Under the pieces are notes generated by a model, which did not search any database, had not been told where the DNA came from, and worked only from the letters and a program-made list of their open reading frames with translations. From a bacterium UBP13_UBA5359 (GTDB taxonomy: Bacteria; UBP13; UBA5359), in contig DHPR01000012.1 of the NCBI GenBank assembly GCA_002410925.1, positions 20,643 to 84,642 of the forward strand: a stretch of 64,000 nt of DNA. Reading direction: 5' to 3'. The translations under genes and the position numbers were made by a program. This document shows, piece after piece, positions 29,285 through 41,585 of this stretch (the stretch's first letter is position 1; the number at the start of each line of letters is the position of its first letter).

Positions 29285-30361
29285 TTATATCCAATTTGCA
29301 GCTGCCTCAAGGAGAACCTCGCCCTCGGCAATACTATCGCACCTCGTCTGTAACATGAGGCGTTCGGGTCCGAGCTCCCTGACCAAAGGCTTGATATTTT
29401 CCTTAGGAATACCAATATGAACGATTTTTCCTGCAGCTTGTATTTCACGATACAAGTCAAGGTGTGCAGGTCCATTGGGTGGCTCATTGGGCGTTGGAAC
29501 GTATTGAATTACACGCAAATAAGGAAGTGAAAGAAGACGCGGCAAATGCTGCCGAGCATTACCTCCATCAAGGTGATACCATATATTTCCGAAGGCATCC
29601 CCACTCATTTCAATTTCAGGGAGAATGAATCGCTCAAACATATCGGGAGATAACATGCATGAAACATCGGATTGCGTACAACTGAACGGCTCTGGAGCCC
29701 AGAAGGGCATCCAACCGGCAATACCATACCAGAAATCGTGTTTTTTGCGGATACGATCTCTTAGTTGCAAACGCACGTTAAGCTGTTCCTGCGCACCGAC
29801 AATAATTGCCTGGCGCATCCAGTCGGGATGGTCCATAATACCTATCAGAAAATTCTCGGTACCCATAAGCATGGCAAGAAGATCATTTGCCGGCATGATA
29901 CACCCGCCGCCCACAAGAAAATCGTTCTTCCCCGCCAAATCTGCAACAGCTTCATAAAGGTCCGTATAGGCTGTTATCCAAGTATCATTATTGCTGTATC
30001 TGAAAGGAGAGGGTTGAGAAAAATCCACGTCTATCGTGTCAAACCATATCGTTTCCCAAGCAAACTTAGGATTGCCTCCCAAGCAAACAGTCCATCCCCC
30101 CATTAACAGATAAGAGGGGATCGCTTCTCCACCCCACCAGGTATTCTCCAAACTATTGGTAATATCGCGCTTTACCCAATCTATATCCAGCCATTTTTGC
30201 TTCGGGTCCGAAGGCAAAGGATTATCACGCACTATCTTGCCGTTCGGAGCCGTTACAGCTATACACGGCCGGTCTGTTATTTCATCATTCCAAAGGGCGG
30301 TCAGGCGCCTACATGCATCTTGCCAATCCGGTTTATATCTCATCATGCCTTCTCCTCTCAT
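29285..30361 (-). CDS. Hypothetical protein. Family not recognised; possibly a TIM-barrel enzyme.
   Basis: 358-aa uninterrupted ORF in operon orientation with neighbours. No motif I can name with confidence. Confidence 0.3.
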   Translation of the reverse strand: MRGEGMMRYKPDWQDACRRLTALWNDEITDRPCIAVTAPNGKIVRDNPLPSDPKQKWLDIDWVKRDITNSLENTWWGGEAIPSYLLMGGWTVCLGGNPKFAWETIWFDTIDVDFSQPSPFRYSNNDTWITAYTDLYEAVADLAGKNDFLVGGGCIMPANDLLAMLMGTENFLIGIMDHPDWMRQAIIVGAQEQLNVRLQLRDRIRKKHDFWYGIAGWMPFWAPEPFSCTQSDVSCMLSPDMFERFILPEIEMSGDAFGNIWYHLDGGNARQHLPRLLSLPYLRVIQYVPTPNEPPNGPAHLDLYREIQAAGKIVHIGIPKENIKPLVRELGPERLMLQTRCDSIAEGEVLLEAAANWI

Positions 30362-30819
30362 ATTTCCGTCTTATGCTCAAGGGCTTTTTGCGTATAGGCC
30401 ATATTATGGAAAACGCTCTCCCGATTGGAAACAGGTGCTTTGTCCAGTTCCAACGCTAGATAACCGTTGTAACCTATCTTATCAAGCACGGCAAAAACTC
30501 CCGGCAGATCCGTATCACCGCAGCCCAGTTCCAGAAAATCGCTATAAATCTCAAAGGTCTGATTCCATCCTGCAGCCTGAGCCACCTGCTCTCCCTGTTT
30601 CTTACGTCGAACATCCTTGAGATGGGTGAATTCTATATCGTATTTTTTAATCAGCTTTTTAAAGCCGATCTCTTCATCCATAAAGAGATCTATGGTCAGA
30701 TAAACGCTCTCAAAGTTATGAAAATCGGCCTCTCTGATGTCACGCAGCGCCATTTCCAGTTGCTCCCTCTCCTGCAATCCCCAGGACCAGACGGCATAGG
30801 CCAGTTGCTCTCTCTTCAT
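30358..30819 (-). CDS. Short (153 aa) xylose-isomerase-like TIM-barrel (AP_endonuc_2) protein that lacks the middle of the barrel. Possible internally deleted paralog.
   Basis: The N-terminal beta1-like MKREQLAYAVWSWG… and the C-terminal metal-site block …LELGCGDTDLPGVFAVLDKIGYNGYLALELDK… are both present. At 153 aa it is too short for an 8-stranded barrel. Confidence 0.4.
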   Translation of the reverse strand: MKREQLAYAVWSWGLQEREQLEMALRDIREADFHNFESVYLTIDLFMDEEIGFKKLIKKYDIEFTHLKDVRRKKQGEQVAQAAGWNQTFEIYSDFLELGCGDTDLPGVFAVLDKIGYNGYLALELDKAPVSNRESVFHNMAYTQKALEHKTEI

Positions 30820-30891
30820 AAGAAAATCTCCTCTCTCTTTTTAAATATGCTTTTTAAATAACAGGCCGTATTTCTCTCGTTATACTTGCTT

Positions 30892-31686
30892 TTACAAGCT
30901 TCGTAGAAAAGCAGCCGCTTTTCTTACAGCCTCATCGGCTTTATGCTTGTCATGCTCATATTCGATATTGATATAACCATCATAGGCATGGTCTTTCATA
31001 GCTCTCCAGCAGGCGGCAGTATCGATATCGCCCTCTCCGATCAAAGCTGACCGATAGTATCTGCCGTCCAGCATTTCATGATAGCCTTCAGCCGGCTCAT
31101 CGATTATATCCCAATCTTTGAAATGAGCGTGAACTACATAAGCAGCGCATTGGCGAAAGGATTTCGCCGGATTCTCGCCACTGGCGGCGTTACCGTTATC
31201 GTATGTCAACCTTAACTGTGGTATCTTCGCCTGTGCTTCAAAAAAATCTCCGGCAGTAACAAAGGGACTCTGCCTTCCCGGGAAATTCTCTACTGTTGTA
31301 ATTACTCCGGCAGCCTCAGCCAACGGAACCACCTGCTGCAAAGCCTCGATCCAGTCCCTGCGGCAGATATTACGATCGGTGATATCAGGATAAGGAAGAG
31401 GCGGTATCATGACGACCGGAGCCCCCAGAATAACGGCATTCTCCAGCGACTCTTTCACTTCATCCAGCCACCCCTGCTCCCGTCTTATCAGCTTGTGCAA
31501 AAAGAAGGTATGGCATACCACCGGCAACCCGGCATCATGGCTCATCTTTCTCAGTTCTTTGGGATCACGTCCATATGTCGTAACCCAATCGATGCCGTCA
31601 AGCCTACACTCTACTGCGGTTTTGATAAACTCTTCCACGTCATACCCCTGACGGGCCATGGTATAGGTCATCATTGACAGCTTCAT
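30892..31686 (-). CDS. Sugar phosphate isomerase/epimerase (xylose-isomerase-like TIM barrel), full length.
   Basis: 264 aa. Contains …GIDWV…, …HAHFKDW…, …GEGDIDTAACWRAMKDHAYDGYINIEYEH…. Confidence 0.75.
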   Translation of the reverse strand: MKLSMMTYTMARQGYDVEEFIKTAVECRLDGIDWVTTYGRDPKELRKMSHDAGLPVVCHTFFLHKLIRREQGWLDEVKESLENAVILGAPVVMIPPLPYPDITDRNICRRDWIEALQQVVPLAEAAGVITTVENFPGRQSPFVTAGDFFEAQAKIPQLRLTYDNGNAASGENPAKSFRQCAAYVVHAHFKDWDIIDEPAEGYHEMLDGRYYRSALIGEGDIDTAACWRAMKDHAYDGYINIEYEHDKHKADEAVRKAAAFLRSL

Positions 31687-31733
31687 GATATGCTCTCCAT
31701 TCCGGCAATCGAGTGTCTCAAAGCCTCTATACT

Positions 31734-33173
31734 TTATCCGGCAGATCGTTCGGTAAACATGGCATTGACAGCCTTTATCTGCTCCTCAACAAGAACCTGA
31801 CCACCCTCCGGACCGACCAGATTATCGGGAGCTCCTGCGCCGTAGCTGCCGGCGGTTATAGCCCGTGCTGTCGGCAAATAGCTTCCCTCTCCGGCCAGTT
31901 GAACCACAAAGGTTTGAACAGCCTGACTGCGAGCCTTTATTCTGAGGCCAAAGTCCAGATATAATTCAAAGCGGTTGGTGGCAAAAGCTATATCCCCCAG
32001 CCGGATAACATGCGATTCCACAGCCAGGATAGGCATATCTCTCTGCTCCGCAAAACGAGCAAGCGCATCCATGTAATACCTGACCTTTCTATAATGTGCG
32101 GAGTAATCGGAAGCCCGCGGGTTTTTCCCACACTTTGCCAGAGCATCTTCATGGATCTTTAGCTGCTGTCTGCAGTATTCCGCCTCTTCAGGAGAGATCT
32201 TCCGCACCGGCAGATCGATACTCAATACTTTATGAGCAAAGGGCGTCTTTCTACGAATATCCCCGGCCACCAAAGGCAGAACCTCATCTACAGCAGCAGC
32301 TATACGCAAGGCAATCTCCTGCCTTTGCCCAAGCCTTGGAATAGAGCCGGCCGCCAGCCCCTTCAGCTGCCTCATTCTGGCCTCCGCCGCCATGTGCAGC
32401 AGCAGATGCGGCGATTGATCTCCGGCGGCAGAGCACTGCGGCAGAATAAAGAGATTGCGGCCGTGCCTCTTTCTGATTTCATTTCTAGCCTCATGCCAGA
32501 AATCGGCGGAAACAAAATTTTCACCCTCCGTCATCTGCGAGGGACAAGCAAGATTGATGATCATTCCCGTCAGGCTGAGGCGATTATCATAAGTGAAGAG
32601 CATATCGACGCCATGATCTTCATAGCCTTCAACATGCGAAAATTGTGGATCGTCAGCCTTGCCGTACATTACGGAGCTGTTATCAAAGTACGTCAGGCGA
32701 CGGTTAAAGCCGACGACCGCCTGTCCCCTGCCCCAGCTTATAGCCCCGGGCTTACGTTTCTTCCAGGCTTCAGCACAGGCGCAAGCCAACTTCTCCACCA
32801 GTATGTCGGAATATTCTTCAGGAGTCATGACCGCCGGATCGTTCAGCTCAGGATATTTGCTTGCAACCTGTGTGGGTGCGGTATGGGTATGAGTAGCGCT
32901 GATAAACAGGTTCTTAGGATTGAATTCCGACAGAAGAACACCAAGCCGGCGACGGCATTCATCCCGTACATAATCACTCACCTTGACAGCATCAAGCGAA
33001 ACCATTATCGCTTGTGCGGAACCGTTGTCCAGAGCCAGCGCCGTGGCGGTTACCGGATCTTGAACTTTCTCGGAAACTCTGATATGAAATTGTCCAGCCA
33101 AAGTTACTGCTTTGCCGGGCGTTACATCCACGCCGGCCCATCCAATCAAAATAGGCCCTATTTCTAACTTCAT
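31734..33173 (-). CDS. Neutral/alkaline ceramidase-like hydrolase (N-terminal ceramidase-family domain).
   Basis: 479 aa. The …GWAGVDVTPG… and …LFISATHTHTAP… blocks correspond to the GxGxADxTG and (L/S)GTHTHSGP motifs of the neutral ceramidase family. Confidence 0.45.
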   Translation of the reverse strand: MKLEIGPILIGWAGVDVTPGKAVTLAGQFHIRVSEKVQDPVTATALALDNGSAQAIMVSLDAVKVSDYVRDECRRRLGVLLSEFNPKNLFISATHTHTAPTQVASKYPELNDPAVMTPEEYSDILVEKLACACAEAWKKRKPGAISWGRGQAVVGFNRRLTYFDNSSVMYGKADDPQFSHVEGYEDHGVDMLFTYDNRLSLTGMIINLACPSQMTEGENFVSADFWHEARNEIRKRHGRNLFILPQCSAAGDQSPHLLLHMAAEARMRQLKGLAAGSIPRLGQRQEIALRIAAAVDEVLPLVAGDIRRKTPFAHKVLSIDLPVRKISPEEAEYCRQQLKIHEDALAKCGKNPRASDYSAHYRKVRYYMDALARFAEQRDMPILAVESHVIRLGDIAFATNRFELYLDFGLRIKARSQAVQTFVVQLAGEGSYLPTARAITAGSYGAGAPDNLVGPEGGQVLVEEQIKAVNAMFTERSAG

Positions 33174-33186
33174 AGCAAACGCTCCT

Positions 33187-34482
33187 TTACTTGCTTTCCT
33201 GAAGTATTCTATCCGGATCGACCCTGCCTATATTATCGAATACTTTCCTGATTGCCGCGACTACCTTGGCCGCGATATCCAATCCGTTAGGTGCGCGTAA
33301 CGTTTGGACCATGGACATATGACACTCGCTGTAACGAAGTGCGTTGGGGTAATTCTCCAGCGTGTAATCAATGCCTTCATCTGCTCCCGGTATGCTCCAC
33401 GGATAGCCATGACCGTAAGCATTCTTAGCCTGAAATACGGTCATTTCCGGTAAAATAAAGCGTTGCCAAACACTACAGGCAACTCCCTCAGCAGCAATAG
33501 CGGCACAGACCGCATCCCGAAAAGACGGCCTATTATCGCTGATGCCCAAAGCATCAAAGTCAATTCGAAGATTATAATTGTACCAATTATGCACGCAATC
33601 AACGGGGACATAAGGTTGCAACAACCCCTTGATACCGCCAAGATTATCCTGCAGATAATCACCGTTGGCACGCAAGGTATCGAAATAATAATCGTATTTC
33701 TTCAACTGAGCACGTGCAAAGGCAGCCGTAAGCTCATTGTTGCGATACATCCAGCCGAGCGCATATGCGTGATAATCACGCGCCTGTTCCGGCCGAGCGG
33801 TCTCTCCAAAGCTCCAAAGCTTACAGGCATTCCGATAAATCTCTTCATCGTCGGTAACAAAGATACCGCCCTCTCCGGAACTCAGGCATTTGTTCTGATT
33901 CAGAGAGAAGGCTGCGCAATGCCCCATAGTACCGGCCTTCCGCCCCTTATAAGTAGCGCCATGGGCCTGGCAGGCATCCTCGATAACATAAAGGTTATGC
34001 TTTGCGGCAATGGCATTGACGGCATCCATATCAGCACAAAGCCCGTGCAATTGGACGACAATAATCGCCCTGGTTCGCGGCGTAATAGCCGCTTCTATCT
34101 TATCAGGATCTATCAAAAAGGTGTCGAAATCGATATCGATAAATATAGGAAGGGCATCATGGTGCAAGATACAGGTGGCACTGGAGCTCCATGAATAGGC
34201 CGTCACCAGCACATGATCACCAGCCCCGATACCGCATCCGGCAATGCACATATGCAACGCAGCCGTGCCGCTGTTGGTGAAAAGGGCATGGCTGTTGCCG
34301 TTCCAGGCAGCAAACTCCTTCTCTAATTCCAGATTATGTTTACCCCGAGTCTGATTCTTGGCGTAAAGCGCATCCAGTACCAGTTCCTCGTCACTCTTAT
34401 CCACCGGAGGCCAGGATCTTACCTCTTCCGGTTGAATAACCCTTGTTCCACCGTAAATTGCCAGTTCCTGCATGATAATCAC
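33187..34482 (-). CDS. DegT/DnrJ/EryC1/StrS-family PLP-dependent aminotransferase (second copy in the window).
   Basis: 431 aa. Contains …NSGTAALHMCIAGCGIGAGDHV…, …IEDACQAHGATYKGRKAGTMG…, and the PLP-Lys region FSLNQNKCLSSGEGG. Confidence 0.8.
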   Translation of the reverse strand: MIIMQELAIYGGTRVIQPEEVRSWPPVDKSDEELVLDALYAKNQTRGKHNLELEKEFAAWNGNSHALFTNSGTAALHMCIAGCGIGAGDHVLVTAYSWSSSATCILHHDALPIFIDIDFDTFLIDPDKIEAAITPRTRAIIVVQLHGLCADMDAVNAIAAKHNLYVIEDACQAHGATYKGRKAGTMGHCAAFSLNQNKCLSSGEGGIFVTDDEEIYRNACKLWSFGETARPEQARDYHAYALGWMYRNNELTAAFARAQLKKYDYYFDTLRANGDYLQDNLGGIKGLLQPYVPVDCVHNWYNYNLRIDFDALGISDNRPSFRDAVCAAIAAEGVACSVWQRFILPEMTVFQAKNAYGHGYPWSIPGADEGIDYTLENYPNALRYSECHMSMVQTLRAPNGLDIAAKVVAAIRKVFDNIGRVDPDRILQESK

Positions 34483-34664
34483 TCCTTCTACCTCGATTAT
34501 ACCTGAGCTAATTATGCGAACAAGACAGAAGATGTTGTTAATAGGGGTAAATTATTGCTCTCAAATATCCATTCTCTTGCAGGGATAAGCAGAGCTCTTA
34601 TGGAACAAGTATATTGGCATATAAAATTTCCATGCCTCTGGAGCATTTGGATATTTGAGCACAT

Positions 34665-35519
34665 TTGTATGTTAAGATGAGCAATAAAAAAGAACTATTT
34701 ACGAAAATTGACGGTTTTGCCTTGCCCGTACCAACTTCCATCGGACGCTCCAACTTCGATGTAATGTGGGCCAGAGAGGAGCATACCGATTCCTGTGCCG
34801 AGCTTATGCATGTTCTGCAAGGCAATGTTGAAATCCGGACTGCAGAATACTCCGTCGCTGCCAGTGAAGGCGATACTCTTTACATTCCTGCTAACATGCC
34901 GCACCGCGATATCTTTGCTCAGGAAAAACCCTTTGAAGTCTACCTGGCCCAGTTCCATTGGGCTGGAGAATCCCGGTTACTGAAGAGCTTTCTCCCGTCA
35001 CAGCTGACCACGCAGAATTCCGGCATCCGGCAGAAGATCAATGTTGAATTTCACACACTCTACCAGGATTTTGTCCTGGGCCTGCCTTTCAACCGGCAGC
35101 TGGTAGCTGCATCTTTGCTGAGGATTATCTGTTATCTATGCCAGGAAGCTTCCTTTTGCGCTGATAACGGCACCTCCTCCGCTGCAACGGCAGGCGGAGA
35201 CAGGCGCACCTGGATTATGAACGAGGCCAAGAATTACATTCAAAGAGAATTTTGCCGCCCGATATCCTTGGAAGAGATTGCCACCGCACTGAATATCAGC
35301 CCGTACTATCTCTCGCATGTCTTCAGCCAGGAGAGCGGTTTTACTCTTTCAAGCTATATCAACGAAGTGCGTATGCAGAATGCTGCCAAGCTGCTCTTCG
35401 ATTACCGCCTGAATATATCTGAAGTGGCACGGTCAATAGGGTTTACCGACGGCTCTTATTTCAGGAAGGTATTCAAAGCATATTACGGCTGTTCCCCCAG
35501 CGATTATCGCTCCAGATAG
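34665..35519 (+). CDS. AraC-family transcriptional regulator (cupin-like N-terminal domain plus C-terminal double HTH).
   Basis: 284 aa. C-terminus …IATALNISPYYLSHVFSQESGFTLSSYINEVRMQNAAKLL…IGFTDGSYFRKVFKAYYGCSPSDYR. Divergent from the DegT gene. Confidence 0.85.
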   Translation: MYVKMSNKKELFTKIDGFALPVPTSIGRSNFDVMWAREEHTDSCAELMHVLQGNVEIRTAEYSVAASEGDTLYIPANMPHRDIFAQEKPFEVYLAQFHWAGESRLLKSFLPSQLTTQNSGIRQKINVEFHTLYQDFVLGLPFNRQLVAASLLRIICYLCQEASFCADNGTSSAATAGGDRRTWIMNEAKNYIQREFCRPISLEEIATALNISPYYLSHVFSQESGFTLSSYINEVRMQNAAKLLFDYRLNISEVARSIGFTDGSYFRKVFKAYYGCSPSDYRSR

Positions 35520-35547
35520 CGGTGCCCATGCTATCTTCATAGTCCGT

Positions 35548-35802
35548 CTACGCCTGATCGTAGACCCCTTCGAGTTCCCTTTTCCCGGGATCACCGGGCA
35601 TTACCATTGCTCTGCCGTCATAATCCTCGCAATAAAGCATCTTGATCGTAAAGAGTTGCTTCATGTTATTTATGCAGGCTGTCTGCCCGGCCTTCTCTCT
35701 TGCTCTGCCAAACACCAAAAAAAGAATACCAGCAATAATAGCGATGATAGCAATTACAAACAAAAGCTCGATTAGTGTAAAGCCTCTCTGCTTCAATAAC
35801 AT
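35548..35802 (-). pseudogene. N-terminal fragment (84 aa) of a prepilin-type/DUF1559 protein. Likely a truncated remnant.
   Basis: [50 protein letters not shown]… then stops. The C-terminal H-X9-DG region is absent. Full-length relatives in this window are 244-258 aa. Confidence 0.5.
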
Positions 35803-35859
35803 CCCAATCCCTACCTGCTTTTTCTCACCTAATCGCTACGCGGCGGAGTTTCTGCATTG

Positions 35860-35875
35860 CCATTTTGCAAAATGG
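35860..35875. promoter_or_regulatory. Perfect 16-bp palindrome CCATTTTGCAAAATGG upstream of the pilin-like fragment.
   Basis: Seen directly in the sequence. Confidence 0.3.
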
Positions 35876-36114
35876 TATTGAAAGTCTCAAAAACCCGTCG
35901 TCTTCGGTCAGGATGATGAAGCTGGTCTTGACGGCCATTCAGCATGGTCAATTTGCGGGCAAACGGTCATATCCTCTGAGCAGTTCCAAGCCGCTCTCGA
36001 ATGGCATAAACAGTTGGCACCTCTGGCAGAATGTTTTGTCAAGTGTAAAGAGTTGATCTTCCATATCCTCCGGCACATGACGAAGAAACATTCGACATCC
36101 AATGATCTGTTCTC

Positions 36115-36825
36115 TCACAATTTCCTGGCCAGCGCCGCCACATACACAGCGGATGCCCCTGCCTTGAGCAGGCACGCCGAGCATTCATGAACGGTGGCGC
36201 CGGTGGTTATGACGTCGTCTACCAATAAAACTCTCTCTCCGCCCTGCAGCGCTGCCGGCAATGGATTGAATGCCTGCCTGAGGTTGGCATGCCGTTCCTT
36301 TCTGTTCAGAGTATGCTGCGGCAGGGATGGCTTTACTCTGGTCAGAGTACGCCTATACGGTAGCTTGCCGTTGACAGTGCATAAAGATTGAGCCAATAGT
36401 TCAGCCTGATTGTAGCCACGCTCACGCAAACGTTCTGCGTGCAGAGGCACGGAGGTAACCAGATCGATCTTTGCTTCTGATAGATAAGCTTCCAGAAATT
36501 CAGCCAGATAGCATCCCAGCGGGCCGGCCAACTCCGGATGATTACAGTATTTAAATTCATGAATGAGCTCCCGCCAGCGTTCTGCATAAGGAGCCGCTGC
36601 CAGTGCCGAAGAATAGGGCAGCTTATCTTTCCGACAATGCGGGCATAGCGTGCCGTCGCCAGGCAAGCCGCAGTCGGGACAGGGCATCCCTTCCAGCCGG
36701 GGCAGCTTCACCAAGCAGCTGCGGCATAATGTCTCTCCGGCACGCCCGCATAAAAGACATGAAGAAGGAAAAAGGAGGGATAGAATCCCTCCCCATAGTC
36801 CGGCGATTATCTCTGCAAGGCTCAC
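36115..36825 (-). CDS. comF: ComF/GntX-family phosphoribosyltransferase-domain protein (ComFC-like).
   Basis: 236 aa. N-terminal 4-Cys zinc ribbon (…CLLCG…C…CPDCG…CPHC…) and C-terminal PRTase motif …[14 protein letters not shown]…. Confidence 0.75.
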   Translation of the reverse strand: MSLAEIIAGLWGGILSLLFPSSCLLCGRAGETLCRSCLVKLPRLEGMPCPDCGLPGDGTLCPHCRKDKLPYSSALAAAPYAERWRELIHEFKYCNHPELAGPLGCYLAEFLEAYLSEAKIDLVTSVPLHAERLRERGYNQAELLAQSLCTVNGKLPYRRTLTRVKPSLPQHTLNRKERHANLRQAFNPLPAALQGGERVLLVDDVITTGATVHECSACLLKAGASAVYVAALARKL

Positions 36826-38027
36826 AGCCCTGCCTGTCGTCTCAATTCGGCGGCTTTGTCGGTGCGTTCCCAGGGCAGATCCAGATCCGGGCGGCCGAAA
36901 TGCCCGTAGGCTGCCGTTTGCTTGTAAATGGGACGCCTCAGGTCCAGTTCCTTGATAATCATTCCCGGCCGCAAATCGAAGTTGCTCTCTATCAGAGCGG
37001 CGATGCGGGCATCATCTATATTCCCGGTACCAAAAGTATCCACCATAATGGAAAGAGGCCTGGCTACGCCTATAGCATAAGCCAGTTGAACTTCACAGCG
37101 CTCTGCCAGCCCGGCAGCCACCACATTTTTGGCTGCCCAGCGGGCGGCATATCCGGCGGAACGATCCACTTTGGTGGGATCCTTGCCGGAGAAGGCTCCA
37201 CCGCCATGCCGGGCCATACCGCCATAGGTATCGATGATAATCTTGCGTCCGGTCAGGCCGGTATCGCCCTGTGGACCGCCGATAACGAAGCGGCCTGTAG
37301 GGTTGATATAGTATTTGATATCTTTTGAAACCATCTCTTTTGGCAGCACCGGCTCGATGACATTCTTTGTAACATCATCCCGAATTTTCTCCCAACTCTC
37401 TTTGGGACAGTGCTGAGCGGCTATGAGCACGGAATCGATTTCCACCGGACGATGATTCTCATAACGAACGGTAATCTGAGATTTGCCGTCGGGGCGCAAA
37501 TAGGGCAGGGTGCCATCCTTGCGCACCTCTGCCAGGCGTTGAGCCAACTTATGCGCCAGACTGATGGGCATAGGCATCAGCTCCTCTGTTTCATTGGTGG
37601 CATAGCCGAACATCAACCCCTGATCTCCGGCTCCCAGAGCTTCCAGGTCTTCGTGCATCACCTCGCCGCCCCTGGCTTCAAAAGATTTATCTACGCCCAT
37701 AGCTATATCGGTCGATTGCTCCTTAATGGATACCAAAACTCCGCAGGTTTCATTATCAAAGCCATATTTGGCCCTGGTATAGCCTATTTCGCCAATGGTG
37801 CGCCGGACAATCTCCGGTATATCCACATAGCATCCGGTAGTGATTTCACCGGCTACCATTACCAATCCGGTGGTCAGCAAGGTTTCACAGGCCACTCTGG
37901 CCAAAGGATCCTTAGCTATAATTGCATCCAGAACAGCATCCGATATCTGATCGGCCATCTTGTCCGGGTGCCCCTCCGTTACTGATTCGGAAGTAAAGAG
38001 ATAACAACCTTTAGGTGAAACGTCCAT
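36822..38027 (-). CDS. metK: S-adenosylmethionine synthase MetK.
   Basis: 401 aa. …[25 protein letters not shown]…, …[12 protein letters not shown]…, …[16 protein letters not shown]…. Confidence 0.95.
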   Translation of the reverse strand: MDVSPKGCYLFTSESVTEGHPDKMADQISDAVLDAIIAKDPLARVACETLLTTGLVMVAGEITTGCYVDIPEIVRRTIGEIGYTRAKYGFDNETCGVLVSIKEQSTDIAMGVDKSFEARGGEVMHEDLEALGAGDQGLMFGYATNETEELMPMPISLAHKLAQRLAEVRKDGTLPYLRPDGKSQITVRYENHRPVEIDSVLIAAQHCPKESWEKIRDDVTKNVIEPVLPKEMVSKDIKYYINPTGRFVIGGPQGDTGLTGRKIIIDTYGGMARHGGGAFSGKDPTKVDRSAGYAARWAAKNVVAAGLAERCEVQLAYAIGVARPLSIMVDTFGTGNIDDARIAALIESNFDLRPGMIIKELDLRRPIYKQTAAYGHFGRPDLDLPWERTDKAAELRRQAGL

Positions 38028-38069
38028 TTACTTTAAGCCTCCTGTTTAAGTATTCCGGCCTGTTTGCGG

Positions 38070-40299
<2,230 letters not shown>

Positions 40300-40406
40300 G
40301 ACAACCTCACGTTATTCAACAACAGGATATATTATATCATACTACCGTCTTTTTAAACCGGCCGGCATAATTGTAATCCGCAATACCCTCCTTCAGCCTA
40401 AAAAAG

Positions 40407-41522
40407 CTATTTGACCACGGTTCCGGTAGCCATCCTGGATTCCGGTTCCACTTTGCTTCCTGCATTTACCAGGCAATCATCTCCCAAAACAGCCATTGGA
40501 CCTATAACGGCTCCCCGGCCTAGAGAGCAATTCCTGCCCAGAACGCACCCGTCAAGTCTGGCCTCCGCCTCTATATTGCAATTCTCCCAGAGTACGGAAG
40601 CGCTGATTACGGCGCCGGAAGCTATCCGGCAGCCAGCGCCTATAACCGTATCAGGGCCTATGAATGCTCCGGTTTCCACTACCGTTCCCGGTCCCAGAAC
40701 CACCGGTTCCGAAATAAAGGCTCCTTCGGCAACTTCAGCCTCTTCGGAGATAACGTCACAACCGTTTATCGGGCACCGGCCTCTCAGAACATCGTAATTG
40801 GCATCTCTGTATTGCCTGAGCGTACCGACATCGCACCAGTAATCCTTAAGCGCTAATCCGTAAAATGGCGCACCTTGCTTTAATAAATCTGGAAAGACCT
40901 GACGCCCGAAGTCATAAAACTCGTTCTTCGGAATGTACTCCAGTATCTCCGGCTCAAAAACGTAAATCCCCGTATTGGCCAAAGGGCTGAACGCTTCCTC
41001 CGGTTCCGGTTTTTCCTGGAAACGCTCAATGCGCCCATTGTCATCGGTAACTACAATACCGAAATTGGAAGGATCCTCCACTTCCGATAGGGCGATAGTA
41101 GCTAAAGCCCCGTTTTGCCGATGATGCTCCACTATCTTTGATACGGGCATGGCAGTCAGATCATCGCCGCCTATGACTATAAAGGTATCGTCAAAGAAAT
41201 TTCCCACCCGGCGCAAGCCGCCGGCCGTGCCCATCAACTCTTTCTCACGGGAATAAGCCAGCTTCATTCCCAAAGAAGAACCATCTCCAAAATACTCCTC
41301 AATACTATCCTGCAGATAGTGAAGGTTTATTATAACTTCGTCCACACCCTGATCAGATAGAAGATTCAAAATATGCTCCATAACCGGCCGATTGGCGATA
41401 GGAACCATAGGTTTGGGAAGGCCGCTGGTCAAGGGATCCAGGCGTGATCCGATGCCCGCGGCCAGTATCATTGCTCTCACAAAAACTTTCTCCTTTTCCT
41501 TTATTAAGATAGATTTCAACAA
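40407..41522 (-). CDS. Sugar-1-phosphate nucleotidyltransferase with C-terminal left-handed beta-helix (GlmU / mannose-1-P guanylyltransferase-like).
   Basis: 371 aa. …AMILAAGIGSRLDPLTSGLPKPMVPIANRPV… N-terminal NTP-transferase motif, and hexapeptide repeats in the C-terminal third. Confidence 0.75.
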   Translation of the reverse strand: MLKSILIKEKEKVFVRAMILAAGIGSRLDPLTSGLPKPMVPIANRPVMEHILNLLSDQGVDEVIINLHYLQDSIEEYFGDGSSLGMKLAYSREKELMGTAGGLRRVGNFFDDTFIVIGGDDLTAMPVSKIVEHHRQNGALATIALSEVEDPSNFGIVVTDDNGRIERFQEKPEPEEAFSPLANTGIYVFEPEILEYIPKNEFYDFGRQVFPDLLKQGAPFYGLALKDYWCDVGTLRQYRDANYDVLRGRCPINGCDVISEEAEVAEGAFISEPVVLGPGTVVETGAFIGPDTVIGAGCRIASGAVISASVLWENCNIEAEARLDGCVLGRNCSLGRGAVIGPMAVLGDDCLVNAGSKVEPESRMATGTVVK

Positions 41523-41585
41523 AAGACTCTCTTATCCTGCCGAATTACACATGAGAGTCATTCTTTGCATAATACGTACCCGCCA

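Noticed and set aside
32232-33167. 311-aa plus-strand ORF. Also 33463..34194 (243 aa), 36603..37328 (241 aa), 38364..39068 (234 aa), 50414..51127 (237 aa), 53220..53792, 19392..19979, 22659..23210, 15533..16096.
   Set aside because: Each lies entirely antisense within a well-supported minus-strand gene (ceramidase-like, DegT, metK, ahcY, the 696-aa protein, the LamG giant, the GH42-like genes, lipA). Their products are low-complexity or Arg/Ser/Pro-rich, with no motifs.
35803-36114. Small ORFs (63-78 aa) between the pilin-like stub and comF as real genes.
   Set aside because: They overlap one another on both strands, lack RBS or motifs, and lie in a region that looks like decayed sequence next to a truncated gene.
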